DNA from: Podarcis vaucheri
Lineage: Eukaryota
Direction: 5' to 3' (one strand)
Assembly: GCA_965113315.1 (NCBI GenBank)
Contig: OZ220363.1
Length of the DNA: 64,000 nucleotides
Part shown: positions 37,748 through 51,540 of the stretch, one piece after another
How positions within the stretch are numbered: the stretch's first letter is position 1
Layout: every line of letters begins with the position of its first letter
Notes under the pieces: model-generated
Told to the model about the DNA's origin: nothing
Seen by the model: the letters and a program-made list of their open reading frames with translations, nothing else
Databases searched by the model: none
Program-made: the position numbers and the translations under genes

Positions 37748-39216
37748 AACACCAGTCTTTACTACAGTTTTCAAACTTTGGAATCAAACGGGGTCGTTGT
37801 CATTACTTCCAAGGTACTCCAGAGTTTGGGACCCTGAAATGCACGAAATGAATGAATGAGCCCCTTGGACAAGATCTCATTGTAAATCGAGCCCTCTTTG
37901 CAAACATTCTGCGAGAAAGACGAACTCGAGGCACCAGTGGCTAGAACTTATCCCCACTCCCCACCTCAACACCTTCCATTCCTTAATTTTATTTCCTGGA
38001 TATTTTCTAGTAAGCACAAACTCCTCCTCCGCCAACCCCCACCCCACCCCCCGCACCATAGAAGTCAAGGAGATTCAATCTGGTTCAACCACCTTTATTA
38101 TTTACTATCAGAGACCAAGTATCCAGAGCAGGTTTTGAACCTGAAGCAAACGCTTCGCCGAGGATTTCAAGCCAACTGAGCCATTTGTTATCATTCCTCC
38201 TTTTCCCCCCTCCTGCTCCTTCTTCTGTTTGATTCCGAGAAAGCCTAATATGATTGACTGAGGAGAGAACGTGCAGGGCTACTTCAAATCCAAATCTTTG
38301 CTTGGAACAAAACAAAGGAAGACAAGAAACGCCTCGAGAGAAGCCGACAGGACTGCGTTACATATCTGGACGCTGGAACCAGATTTGTAGGAACCCATCT
38401 CTCTCACTGTTTGGTCTCTTTGGGTTTTATTTATTGCAACTTACTGTTTTCTTTATGTGTGATGGAACTCACGCCCACTTCCTTGCATCTCTCTTTCTCT
38501 GTGTGTCTACATACACTCAATGTTCATGCTCACATACCAGTTCAAAACAACCTAAGTATGCGGAAGCCATTGCCCTCGATTCCAGCTGAATTTACTTTCA
38601 GAGGAAAACGAGTTTGAATCATAGCCGTAAGTGCCATTTTCTCACGACAACATCACGGAGTGTTTATTGAGAGCGAGTAAAAAGGAAAGGAAAAAAACAC
38701 CAAATATCTCTAGGTGTCTCAGTGAGGGAGAGACGCTTATATACTGAAGTTATGGATATTACAAAACACAAACCCAGAGCTCTGCATAACATCTCACAAA
38801 TACCCAACGACCTGGTGTTAGCAAAGACAGAGAGAGTATACCTATCATCTGTGTACACGACTATATACAAATACATACACAGGTTTTGTGCGCGCGCGTG
38901 CATACATGACATCTTTTGTACGCCCTTTGAATTTAGATACACACAGTTTACTATTGATAAATCAGTACTCCCCCCCCCCCCAAAGCATCCATCTATATAA
39001 GAATAACTTTATCAGATAATTAACCAAAACACTGGGGTCGGGTTGGAGAGATGTGATGTCACTCGTTCTTTCATGAACTGTCTGGGTGTCATTAGGTTAG
39101 CAAATATTTCCAACATGTTAGAGGCAATTTCCTGATTTGGAAGTCAAGGAGGGGCATTTGTTGTTAGTTACGAACCCATTTCTCCAGAAGCTGAGCCGGC
39201 AGTTTCTCAAGCTCTC

Positions 39217-39355
39217 NNNNNNNNNNNNNNNNNNNNNNNNNNNNNNNNNNNNNNNNNNNNNNNNNNNNNNNNNNNNNNNNNNNNNNNNNNNNNNNNNNNN
39301 NNNNNNNNNNNNNNNNNNNNNNNNNNNNNNNNNNNNNNNNNNNNNNNNNNNNNNN
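39217..39355. other. Assembly gap (139 N)
   Basis: Run of N in the HoxD10-HoxD9 intergenic region. Confidence 0.99.
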
Positions 39356-39738
39356 CAAGTATTTGGACTTCAGCCTGGAGTCATGTTCATTTGCAAACTC
39401 CTTTTAAGGGACTTTCTGCTTCGGATCTCCCCACCCCACCTCACCCGACCCCCCCACCCCGCCTTCCTAACCCCTTCCCCAAGATAAAGTGGCTGTGAGC
39501 AAGATTTCGCAGCGATGTCCGGGGAGGGCGTTGCGGAGAGTCGTGAACTTCATTATCCTGATGTGGGCTACAACGAAGGAACCACAGAAAACAAACACAT
39601 GCACAAAGCAAAATAACCCAGGATTGTCAGGAAACCAAAACGTGTGAGCGTTTGGAGATGAAGCGGGGAAAGGCCCTGTAGACGGAGACTAGGCAATATG
39701 GCTTCCTTTATTTTTTTACAACACTGCAAGTAGGAATC

Positions 39739-39794
<56 letters not shown>
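39739..39794. repeat. (TAA)n microsatellite
   Basis: Direct reading. Confidence 0.95.
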
Positions 39795-39795
<1 letters not shown>

Positions 39796-40383
39796 GTGTC
39801 TAGGGTACATGAAAAGCAAGGGAGGTGAAATGGAATAAAACAACTGCATTTATTTCGCACGCTGTATTTGTAACGATATATACAAACTGCAGTAAGGATT
39901 TGCAATAAGAGCACATTTTGGCTGGCAATCGGGGCTCTGGGCGAAGGCTCGTTACGGCTCCCGTTTTCCTTCCTAAAAGTCAACTTACCGTTTATGATTG
40001 AATGGGATAAAGGTGTCCACTTTCGGTCATAACATTTCACTAGCGTTTTGGCGCTCCCTTGTCAAGACTGTCTGTTCCCGACGCCCTAGGCCATTTCCTC
40101 GCGACCTTAGCAATTGCTAAAGGTATTATTAGGACTGACACAGACAAATCTACCCCCCTTTAAAAAAATATATATCTACGAGCTCCCACACTAGTAGGAG
40201 GGTTTGGGTTGGGGGTGTGGGTGTGGGGTGATGGCGGGGTGCGCGGGAGGGAGAGTCTTTGAGCGCAAGGGAATGGCAAGGAGAGCCTGCGAAATGGGCG
40301 AAATGGTAGCGTTTTCTGGTTCGGTTCGGTTCGGATTTGGATTTGGAAAGACCAACCAAAGGAGCCTCGTGAACTTTACAGAG

Positions 40384-40389
40384 TTTATT
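40384..40389 (-). terminator. Candidate HoxD10 polyadenylation signal
   Basis: TGTATAATGC-AATAAA on minus, ~0.9 kb after the stop. Confidence 0.55.
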
Positions 40390-40892
40390 GCATTATACAT
40401 GCGAATAGGACATGCACAAAGAAGAAGGCGTAGGAAAAAGAAGAAGAAGACATATTGCTTGTTATACCACTACGATTCCACGTATGCACCACAAGGGGAA
40501 GAGAGAGAGAAAAAAATGTCTACAGTTGAGGAAGAATGAAGGATTCCATTGCACGCACGAAGGACAAGTTTGACGCACACGGGAGAAAGGGGAGTGTTAC
40601 ATCTTAAAATGTGCTTTTTAAAATTCCTTTTCCTCTCACTCTCGCTCTCGCACTCTCACTCGCTTTGCCTCCCCCAGCCCCCCACCTCTCAAGGAAGAAA
40701 AAAATGCTTATTTTTCTTTCTTTTAAATAATTATTAAAAGTATTGTCATCTACTCAAAATGGCATGGCCCGTGTAACAGCCCCCCCATAAATACCACGTG
40801 GTGAGTTAAAAAAGACATGGAAAAAGTCACATTATCTGGATGTCCAACAGCTCCAATAAGTTAAGACCAAATGATCATATTGAATCAGTGTT

Positions 40893-40899
40893 TACCCTG
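40893..40899 (-). promoter_or_regulatory. miR-10 target site in the HoxD10 3'UTR
   Basis: Transcript reads CATCGTAATG-CAGGGTA, a 7mer-A1 match to the miR-10 seed (ACCCUG). Context matches the recalled mammalian miR-10b/HOXD10 site. Confidence 0.75.
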
Positions 40900-40940
40900 C
40901 ATTACGATGAGAAAAATAATAATAAATTACACGTGCTAGG

Positions 40941-40941
<1 letters not shown>

Positions 40942-40983
<42 letters not shown>

Positions 40984-41024
40984 CATATATATATATACAT
41001 ACATATATATATATACATATATAT
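40942..41024. repeat. (TA)n/(TACA) microsatellite in the HoxD10 3'UTR
   Basis: Direct reading. Confidence 0.9.
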
Positions 41025-41272
41025 ACTCGTCGTAGGAACATACATAAACACTTGCAGCACTAAAAAGAATGACAAAAGGTCACATTCTATCAGAAATTAA
41101 AAAAAATGGAAAATGAAGGGGGTCTACTTTTGTCCCCCCCTCTCTCTGTCTCTGTTCCCCCCAAAGTCTTTCCTACATATATATATTTATTATATATATA
41201 TATATTTATATATACCAACTGGTGGTAACTGAGCCCAGGTCTCAATCCTTTCAAGCCCCCAGTTGAACCGGT

Positions 41273-41550
41273 TTATGAGAAGGTCAGATTGGCGGTCAGT
41301 TCTCGGATCCGGTTCTCTCTGCTCATCTTCTTGAGCTTCATTCTGCGGTTTTGAAACCATATCTTGACCTGCCTGTCAGTGAGGTTTACGCTCTTACTGA
41401 TCTCTAGGCGGCGCTCTCGAGTGAGATACATATTGAACAAGAACTCTTTCTCTAATTCCAGTGTTTGATGTTTAGTATAGGGACACCTCTTCTTTCTGCC
41501 ACTCTTTGCAGTTAACCAATTGCTGGTTGGAGTATCAGACTTGATTTCCT
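41273..41550 (-). CDS. HOXD10: Homeobox protein Hox-D10, coding exon 2 (homeodomain)
   Basis: Acceptor CTAG|AG, then [91 protein letters not shown]. Confidence 0.97.
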
Positions 41551-43127
41551 CTAGCAACATCAAAGGAGAAGGAAAGAAGGAAGGAAGGGAAAATAAGAAA
41601 GAAAAAGAAAAAAGAAACACCTCAGTCTGTTATAGAGTACCCTTGGCCATGAACCTACTACATCCATTGTGTCTGGCAGATATGGTGGCTTGGGGGTATT
41701 AAACATTGCTAACGGAGGTGTGTACATTGGGGCAGGGCGGGTTGTTTTTTTTTAATATAATGATAGTGATACAAAAAATGGTGTCCACATTCGAGTTAAA
41801 CAATGCCAGCAGCAACACTATTTTCCACTCTCTGGGTTATTTCTGCAGCTTTCCCCAAACATTACCTCTATGCATTCTCCCTGCTAATCCACATATTTCA
41901 AAATAGCCTGTGACATTGGGAGCAATATGAATACTGTCATCTTCCCAGTGGTTCGCATTTTAGTGGATGTGAACTGTGCAAACCAACCCCCGCCTTATAA
42001 AGCCACTTGTTTGGGAAATGCCTCAGTTAAAAACAGTACTATCCCCAATCATGTTGAAAGAGATTCATCTGCATCACTCATGAAATTAAGCAAACACCCC
42101 GGGGGGGGGAGGGAGGGAGGTGGCCTTTTTAGTCCCCAACTAACACCAACATGGAGGGGGGCGAATACCTAAAAATCAACTGTATTTATCGTTTTCACTT
42201 TTAATTCCCCATCTCTTATTAGATGCAAATGCCAGACCTGGGCTTAATAAACGTGGTCTGTATTGTTCTGCACTTACTACGAGTAACAAATGCACAGTAG
42301 AGATTGACAAGTTAATTTTTACTAAAGGCATGGTTTCTGAGGGGCCCCCGCCCCGCTCTTCCACCATATTCTCCACTCTCCAAACGAAGCCCCTGCGGTC
42401 CTCCCCCATCTTGAAATAAACAATGCAGTTCCTTCCATTATTTCATAACAACATTCAAAGCCTAGTGAAATTAGGAGACCCAAACTTGTCTTATCTATAG
42501 TACCTTATCCCAAATTTAGACTTCCTTCGAAGAAAGGGCCTTGCCTTATTCTCCTCATACTTTATATGGGCTCTGCGGCACCTCCCTGTTTTATTTTATC
42601 TCGTCTAAAGGAAAACAACAACCCCACAACTTTTTATTACCATGCTTAGCAATCGACTGTGCTCTTCACAGAGAAGATCCACAGGAAATATTTGATCCCA
42701 ATTTGACCAAGGGGGGGGGGGGAGTAACAGTGGGTGTAATTTAAGAACCTCTAATCTGAAGGAGCTGCTGGAGCAGTTATAATGCAGAAGCCTTGGCAAG
42801 AGAGAAACGAAAACACCCTTTTCCTGGCTGAATCTCTGGGATTCAAAAGGCATAAAACGATGGGTGTCACCAACATCGTGGCCAGGTCCTAAGGCATCCA
42901 TGCCCTTCTATTTCCTTTTTGTTTTTCCAATTGCAAAAACAACACATACCCCGCACCTGCAGAAGCAGAAAGAGGTGACGGGGGGGACCCTGTCTGCTGA
43001 GCAGTTATGGCTGAGCTTAAAGCATTAAATGCTCCTGTGGTTTACGAGACTGGCGTGCCCAAGTTAGTCTGCCACCACGATCGGGTATCTGCCCCCCACA
43101 GCCGCCAACTTCTGCGATCATACCGAC

Positions 43128-43932
43128 CTTTGCTTTCCTTCTCTTGGGTTTCTGGGCTGGAAACGGAGGCTTCAGCCAGGCAGCTCCTGTCGTCTTGCAG
43201 CGTGGACTTAGACTCGGGACTTTCCACTTGAGAGACTTTGGCAGAGTTGTCTGAATGGTGGCTGCTGGTGCTGCTGGTGGTGTTGGTGGCGGCGGCGGCG
43301 GTGGCGGCGCTGCCGCTGTTGGGGTTTTCATTCATTTTCTTCTCCATCGGAAGTTGCGAAGCTATCTGCGGTTTGGAAGCGCCGCGAGGGTTTAACTGCA
43401 ACATGACAGTGGAACTCGTTTCGGGGCTGTTATGGTACTCTTGGGTTTTCCCAGTGGCGTAGGTCTGGCTCAGCCTGAAATATCCTGGGACGGGGACCTC
43501 GGGGTTTTCAATGGAGCACGAGTCAGAGACCAGCCTCTGGTATGAAGGGACGTCGGACGAAGACACCAGCTTGGAGCGCTTATCAGAATACATGCAGCAA
43601 TTGGTTTCTTCCTTAATATTTGTCGTGAAGGAGCAGGTGGGGACCTGCTGAGTAACAGGTTGCTCTATTCGGCAGGACCTGTTCGGATCAGTCCAGTTGT
43701 CTACTTGAGGTATATAAGGGTGTACATTCATACCCATATTTTGATGGTTGACTTCTCTCTTGGCCAGAGACGGTAGAAGTCCACAGGTTTGCATCCCATA
43801 AGTCCCAATGTCTGTGCTAGGTGGCATGTACATACTGGCGCTGTTGGAATAGAAACTATCGCTCCTGCAGGCACTGATCAAGGAATCGACTAGGAAAGTG
43901 TTGGCGGCAGGAGAGCTGTTGGGAAAGGACAT
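43128..43932 (-). CDS. HOXD10: Homeobox protein Hox-D10, coding exon 1
   Basis: [74 protein letters not shown] is diagnostic of HOXD10. Donor AAG|GTCGGT; 805 nt, phase 1. Confidence 0.97.
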
Positions 43933-44028
43933 TTTGGGGAGGAATTTGAAGAAGAGAGATTGTGTCCTTTGTAGGCTGACATCTCTACGAAAACATTCCC
44001 TGTGTAATTGTGGATGCCTCTGCACAAC

Positions 44029-44095
44029 CACATGACAGCTAAGCCAATGAGATTTGAAAATGGCCTTGAGCCGCTACCTCCCCGCCGGTCACGTG
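44029..44095 (-). promoter_or_regulatory. HoxD10 proximal promoter motifs
   Basis: E-boxes (GTCACGTG 44088-44095, CACATGAC 44029-44036), CCAAT 44044-44048 and YY1-like AAAATGGCC 44057-44065. Confidence 0.7.
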
Positions 44096-47000
44096 CTCCG
44101 CGGGACACTCCGGGCTGCGGCGCAAAGGTGGTCAACAGCGACATCTAGAACGTCGAGGAGAAAGTGCGCGCGCTCCTCCAAGCCTGGGAGCTCCAGCGGC
44201 GGCAGCAATATTAGTAGCAACCTTTTCCCCTGCTTTTTTTTTTTTGGTCCTTTTGCAAAGGCAGCCCTGGCGCACTGCGCTGATTTAAAACAAGGAAATG
44301 CGTTGAACTGATCTGACCCCCCCATACCCCCCCCAATCTCGCAACTCTATCGTTGTTGCTGCTGGGTTGTTGTTGTTTTGTTTTGTGTTTTGTGTGTGTT
44401 TTTTAACACCACAAAGGAGTTACTGTCCGAATTCAGGCTGATCCTGAGCCATGCCCCTTTGCTCCAATATCAATATATATATACATATATATGAGACAGG
44501 TACTTCAGGAAAATCCCTGGCTGGCTTAAACAGAGGCAAGGGGGGTGGGAGATGGACGCAGAGGCGCGCGCAGACACACAGAGAGATGGAGGGAGTGGGA
44601 AGGGGAGACGCATGCAATCCTACAAGGCGAAATATGTGGGTCTTCTTCTCATTCTCCCCACCTGTGAATAGTAATGGTGATGATAATAGTGATAAAAGTG
44701 GTTTCCCCGATCTCCAGTCCTCATGGTTGCCCAACATCTCCTTCAAGTTACATGAATTGGCGGCAACTGACGTCCTCAGAAGAGACGTCCCTAAGTCTCA
44801 GCCCTGGACAACACATCCTTCTCTTCTCCACTACTTCCTCCTTTCACTTCATAATCAAACACTTTCTAAAACAAAAGCCACAACATATAATAAAGGTCCC
44901 AAAAAAGTTGTGTGTGTTGTTTGTTTTTTGAGGGTGGACAGCTGACTATGTCTGAAGTGTAGGCGATCTCCCAACGTGTCATAATTTGGGGAAGATACAA
45001 AGGGGTGGTGGTAGCGGTGGAAATAATGTTACCTTTTATGGATTTTGTAAAAGCATTGGCTCCTGACAAGCGCAAGGTACAAAAGGTTGTGGAATTTATT
45101 AATACAGATTAAGAAGAATCAGAGCGATCAATAAAATCCTCATCTACATTCTTGAGCCACTTGGTAATTTTCTTGCTTCTGAAGCTTTTTCAAGAGTTAT
45201 ACCCTCTGTTGCCACACACGGGAAGATATTTTATTAACAAATCAATCGAGACTTTGTAAAGGATAAGATTAATAGTTAAGATTTAGCATAATGGTGTTCG
45301 CGTTATGAATTATTGAAAATTATACTATTGATTTTTCCTCTTCGCTGCTAACCAAGAAGGTCAATTTTTGTTTTAATACAAATCGTCAAATATTAAAAGC
45401 TAGGAAAAAAAATTTTGGTCATAAGTTTGGTTTTATAGCTCCAGCAGATTCCTAAAATAAAATAATTAATAAATAAGATGAGGGTCCTTTCTCATAGTAC
45501 ATAGGTGAAGAAATTCTCTTTGCCCACGAAAATGGCACCAGAGAAAAGGTAAAGTTTTCGTAGACGATGTTGCTGAACTTCACACAAAAAAACCCCCCAC
45601 ATATTCACTCACAACGCGGTAGCCCGCATCCCACAACGGAATCTGCTGGCTTCTTACATTATTTCATTACCCAACTTCATATCTATTAAAAAAGGGCGAT
45701 AATAAACACCTGAGCCCACCCCTCCCTAGTTCTTGACCACAGGAATCGTGGGCAACTCTACCTATGGAGAAATTTGGACGCTTCTTTCAAAATAGATTTC
45801 CCCACTTCGATGTTCATCCTTTCTTTTCCTTATATTTATACCCGCATCACTCCCTTTTCTTGAAACACAAGGGGACACATATCCTTGAAATTAAGGACTG
45901 TTCTCTCTCCCCCCCCCCCTCTCACCTTCGGGACTTTAAAAACATTCATATTTTCCCTCTCCTCCCCGCTTGTTTGGCAGTGTGTTTTTACTCCAAAGGT
46001 GTCTCTTTTATTCATAAAATGTCACACGCCGCACGCCACACAGGAACCATCTACTTGAGGTTAAATGTTGCCTTGAGTCCATCTATTTATTCCAGGCCTT
46101 GAGCTCATCCCTATCAGCAAACCTTCCTTCTCTCCTTTGAAATAAGAACCTCGGGGAAACTAAAACAGACCCTTTGAAATGGCACCCACGGCCTCTCCAA
46201 TGACTGCAAGAAGCTTAATTTTCCGTCCTGGTTTTTTCACCCTTATGTCTTTGGCACTTTGGGGGGCTTGCTTCACTTTCCCCCCTCTTCTTCGTCTTCT
46301 TCCTCCCCTATCCATTTGCCGAAAACAACCCCCTCGCCCCAGTTTGAAATCTCGCTGTGGCAATGAGACAGACCCTTTTTGAAAAAGCTTATCGCAGCTG
46401 TTCAAATACAACATCATTGTCAGGTTAAGAGCCGGTGGGTTTTACGGCTCCAGCCGCCTCTCTTCTCTCCCTCTGTCTCGCCCTCTCTCTCTATGGCTTC
46501 TGTGTTTGTCGGAGAATCTCCAGCTTACCTTCGTAAAATAAGCTACATTCCACCATCACCACCCCAGATAAACATTTTCTCTCTTTCTTCATGGACCCCT
46601 TTAAATTGCGGGTCCATAAGCCATGCCCTTGTCCTGGATAGGGGCTTAGAAATAAGGGACACAGCAACGCAAGGAAGCGGTGGTGGTCCCAGTGTAGGAG
46701 AGAGGATTTTTGTCCCCCCTCCTTTTCTCCAATTTGAGATCATTATCAGAGCCATTGCTAAGATTTTGTCTGAGCTGGGGAACAAACAAAAGTGGAGGTC
46801 ACTATGCTCCCTCTTTGGGGGCCGGCTTTTTATGTGCTTTCCAGCAATTTCCCTTCCTCCCCCCCCCCTTTCCCTCTCCCCTCAAAACAAGACGCCAGAC
46901 AACCCACCGAGTTTAAAGCAACCCAATACTATTTTCTGGTCTGCATTTTAAGACTTGACTGTGAAATCTAATCAGTTTTTTTAAAAAATAATAATAATAA

Positions 47001-48879
47001 TAACAATTCCCCTTCAAACGGCCTTCCGTAATTCTTACTTACACTTTAAGAAGTGCCCTAGAAATCTCCCAATGGCCACATCCTCTTTATTTTATTTTGT
47101 TTTATTTTGGCTATATGTTGCCCAGTTGTAACATTAAAGCAAGCCAGACTTTCCCCCCTGTTTTCCATCTCAGGGGTGTGTGTTGTTTAATGAACTGACT
47201 CCGAGTCTTCCCTTTAGAGTTAGGACATTTCGCTAGATTTGAGGCGCAAGATACTAATGCCGCCATCTAATGACCTCCAATTATTTTGTTAGATAAACCA
47301 TGTGTACGGTTAAGGCTCTCCAGTTCTGAAGCAATCCATTGATCATCACCAATTACTACTTTTAATAAAAAAGAGTAAGGGTGGGGACAGAATTTGAGCA
47401 GGCTTGGGCAAATATATTAAAGTGTGTGGGGTGGGGTGGGGAATGGCACTGAAAACCGAAAACCTTAAAATTTGTGTGACACATCTAAAGGTTGAATAAA
47501 CATCTCATTGGGAAATGGGTTACTCAGACCTTGTGTGTTTAACGCCACTTCAGTTTTAAATCATATTAAGATGGAATTGTAGTAATTAACATTAATAAAT
47601 AAATCAATATTGTGCCATAAATGAGATATACAATCTACATTAATGCAAAGGTTTTCCTCTTTTACTGTCCCATATTTTTTCTTCAAAGGGGGTGAAACCC
47701 CCCGAAAAAAAGCTCCATTTATAACTCGATTACTATTTGCAGTAAAATATATGTTGACATCCCCCTTTTCTGTCTTAATAAATAATAGAAAATAAAACCC
47801 GAGAGGAAAAGTCGATACTTTAAACTTTAATTTTAATCCTTCAGATTTATTCGACATTTTGTGCCTGGCCGTTTGATGCCCTTTTTGGGCTTTGTTTTGG
47901 AATGTATGTAGGGACGTATTCAAAGATATTCCTCCTACCTTTTCCTCTTCTAACTGCAATTTGTTTTATTCTCTTCTCATTATTAAAGGGATGGGGGAGG
48001 GGAAGGAGCCTACCCAAAAGTGGGGGGCAGATATTTTGCAGCTGTGGACTCTGAACTGGACTGACAAATATTGTTCAAAAGATTGGCATTCAGACGGGTT
48101 CCCTGGAAGCCTATCTAAATGTTCCCTTCCTCCTTTCATCTAAGTATTATTTAATCTGGAGGCGTTTACACATTGATTCAGTTTATTTCATTCCACACCA
48201 CTGCAGAGCAGAGGCGCTGAAAGGTATTCCTTTTAATTAAGAAAGGAAATTAGTGCCATACAATATCGTGGCTTTTCGTCCCATCATAACACAGCAATTA
48301 AATGATTCTGCTTTCTGAGCCTCACGTTGTTATGCGGAGCAGAGACAACGTCCCAAATATTTGGATTAAAAAGACGAGGGAGATGTGTGATGAGACCATC
48401 GCTCTTGGTAATGCACAGAACATAATTAACTAATATTAACCATACTACATGAGATATGAGGGAAAAGTCAACATCACGCCCTCCCTTATTTTTTGCTCTG
48501 CAGATATTATATGCATCTCTATAGCTATATAGGTATCTAGGTCTATAGATATCTATAGATGTACCAACTGATACACGTCATAAACGAATCTCCCCTGAAG
48601 AGGATCCACGTTTTGTCCATTGTTTATCATAAGCCTTTTGTACACAAAAGCACGAGTTCAATTTCAGACTCTCGCAGCCTTTACTAGAAGGGTCTGGCCA
48701 GGTTAATGTCTTTACAGCATACATCCTCTACTCTCTCAATTAATTAGAAGCTCCGGAGAGACTTAGTACTGTATACAATAGCATTGGCCGTAGTCTTGAG
48801 TTACAGTTATTTAAAACATGGAAGTATCAATGCGGCATAAGCTTTAGCAGATTTGGCAACCTTGGATGGAGGGATAGAT

Positions 48880-48922
<43 letters not shown>

Positions 48923-50484
48923 TAGATAAATAGATAGATAGACAGAGAGACTTTTGTATTTTTAAATTGCCAACGTTTTCTGCGCCATCTTAACACTCTC
49001 AGATCAAAAAGGCTTTGGGAAATTGCTGAAAATCATAACCAAAATGAACTCCCATCCCCACACCTCCCCAGGTCCATCACACGTGCGTGAAGGTTCCACA
49101 AAGAACAAAGGCGAGATTTTAAATATCCAACTAATTTAATGAGCAGAGTATATATAATACGCATATAGCCCCAACCACAATGTTACATTTTTTTAATTTT
49201 CAAAACAAGGTCTTAATATAAATGGGAGGGGAGGGGAGGGGTGAGGGAGAATTCTAACCGTGTAGTTTAGTCTTCATGCGGTGTCTGACAAGGCGTGCGT
49301 TAATTTAACAGTCGGGCGAAAGCCCCACACCAAACATTAACCTTTTCTACATTATTCTTTCCCAAAATAGATTCATCTTACACCATCCCGTTTGTTATGG
49401 ATCTTAAATGGCAAATATCAATTTCATTTGTGTTTCAACATAATGGTGTGTTTTTTAAAAAAACAAAAACATTTCATTTTATTTCAGAACACTTCCGTTT
49501 ATTTCAGGCGGAAAGGCTATTCTAGGTAACTGGCGTAACAATGAACTCCTTTTTATATATATAAAAAATTAAAAATCCACTGGAAAACAATGCGCCCAAC
49601 ATTCATTTGGTAGGGATGACTTTGAATGTGTCTAGTTTATTGGATTACACAATGCCAAATTTCGAATCCATATTATGCAGAAGGAGAAAGGCGGAGGAAA
49701 GCAACTCTGATCTTTGGTGTTTTTACCTAAAAGTGCGTTTTCGGAGACAACTAAGATCTCCCAAATCAGATGCCCTTTTTGTGGAAGGGGTTCTGTTTTT
49801 GTTTTAAACATTTTAGGGGTCCTTGAAATACATAATTCTCTTTCCGTTTGTATCCTTTCTGTGAAGAATGAAAATTAGTTTCACAATATCGGGTCAAGGT
49901 GACGAAATGATATCCACCATACGCAAAATGCCCGAATCTTCTCTGGTAAATAAAGCTATCTCTAGAGAAAAGGCACCCCCCCAAAAAAAAAAAGAATACT
50001 CAGCAGCCCATTTTCCCACTGATTAAAAGTACACATTATTTTTAACATTGAACTATCTGCCTGCGTTGGTCTTCTAATGAAAAAATCTCGACCTAAATAT
50101 AAACTGGCTTTGATCACATTGGTATTCTTGGGGCGCTATGATTGCGCTGAAAGAGAAACAATTAGAATTTCGTTCTGTTGAGGAAATCCAGGAGATAAAC
50201 TACCCCGTCCTAAAAAATTACTAGTTTTAAAAAAATTCTTATGCATCATATTGTAAAAGATTATGACCCAAAATAATTTTTTTAAATGAAATACGTCTTG
50301 TTCGTGTCATGGTCATGAGTTACTTGTTTAATAAATCCTGTTTATGCTCTATTTTCTCATTTCCCAAACCCTGAAAACTTATCGTTGCTTATATATTAGA
50401 TATTTTATTAGTAGCAGGGTGATTGGGGACGGGGGTGGAAGTACACTTGAACATCAGGACAATTAGACATTCTGGAATATTAGC

Positions 50485-50498
50485 GCGCCCTCTTGTGG
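50485..50498 (-). promoter_or_regulatory. CTCF site between HoxD11 and HoxD10
   Basis: CCACAAGAGGGCGC on minus, consensus CTCF core. Confidence 0.75.
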
Positions 50499-51540
50499 TA
50501 TTTAGCAGTCCGGCATGCAGGGAATTTTTTATTTGAAAAAAACACTGCATGCTTTCTTCTTGCATTTCTGAGACATTATTCTGTTGGGTTTTTTCTTCGA
50601 AAAAAAGCTTTTATATTTCTATTCCTATATATTAAAGCTTTTTTCGAATAAAAAACCCAACGGAGTTGTCTTAGGACAACTGTTGTTGGTGAATTTGAAT
50701 TGATTCGCCGTTTTGGTACATTCCTGACTGAAGAGTAAATGATAAGGAAAGTCACCCCCTTTTTAATAAAACAGTTTAAGGCATCAGGAAAGCACACAAT
50801 ATTTTCCTATAACGTTAAGAGGATATTTTTTTCAGGCGCCTTGAGACTATAAGTTGAATTATTTGGACGTCCTATGGGCTCCAAATCACAAGTCAGTTCT
50901 TTTTCGGATAATCTGCGTCACATTGAATTCCATGAACCAATTCTCATTTATTTTAGTGGCACTGATTTGCAACTGTTGCTTTTGACTTTATTTATTTATC
51001 TATTGGGATTTTTTTTAAAAAAAAAAATATTGTATTGACCTGATTTCTGTATGTATATCACTACCAAACAGTAAAAGAAAAATTTGAGAAGAAATGGCGG
51101 CTTATGCCTTGCGGGGCGGGAGGTTGGCTAGGGACAGAATTCTAAATATGGTTTCAGGAGGAATTAGAAGAGATTTCACAGCAAATAAGCTGTTAGTCTG
51201 GAGAAACTGCAATGGAGTTAGTCTGGAGAATCCTGCAAATGCCCCTGGTAAGAACTGATGAAATGGACTATTTCCTGGTGGAAGTCGAAGCGCTCCAAAG
51301 ACCTACGTGGTGGATTCGCGGGTGTGGATAGCTATGCAGTAAGAAGTGTGTTTGTGTGTGTGTGTGCGCGGGCGCGCGGGCGCGCGCGTGTGTGTGGTGG
51401 GTGGGTGGGTGGGTGTGCGAGAGAGAGAAAAGCCAGAGAGCGGGGGGAGGAAGTAAGAAATGGGGGAAAGAGGCACACAGAGAGAGTGGGTGGTGGTTGA
51501 AAATAAGAGAGGAACCTTTAAGGCTCCTAATTATTCAGAA

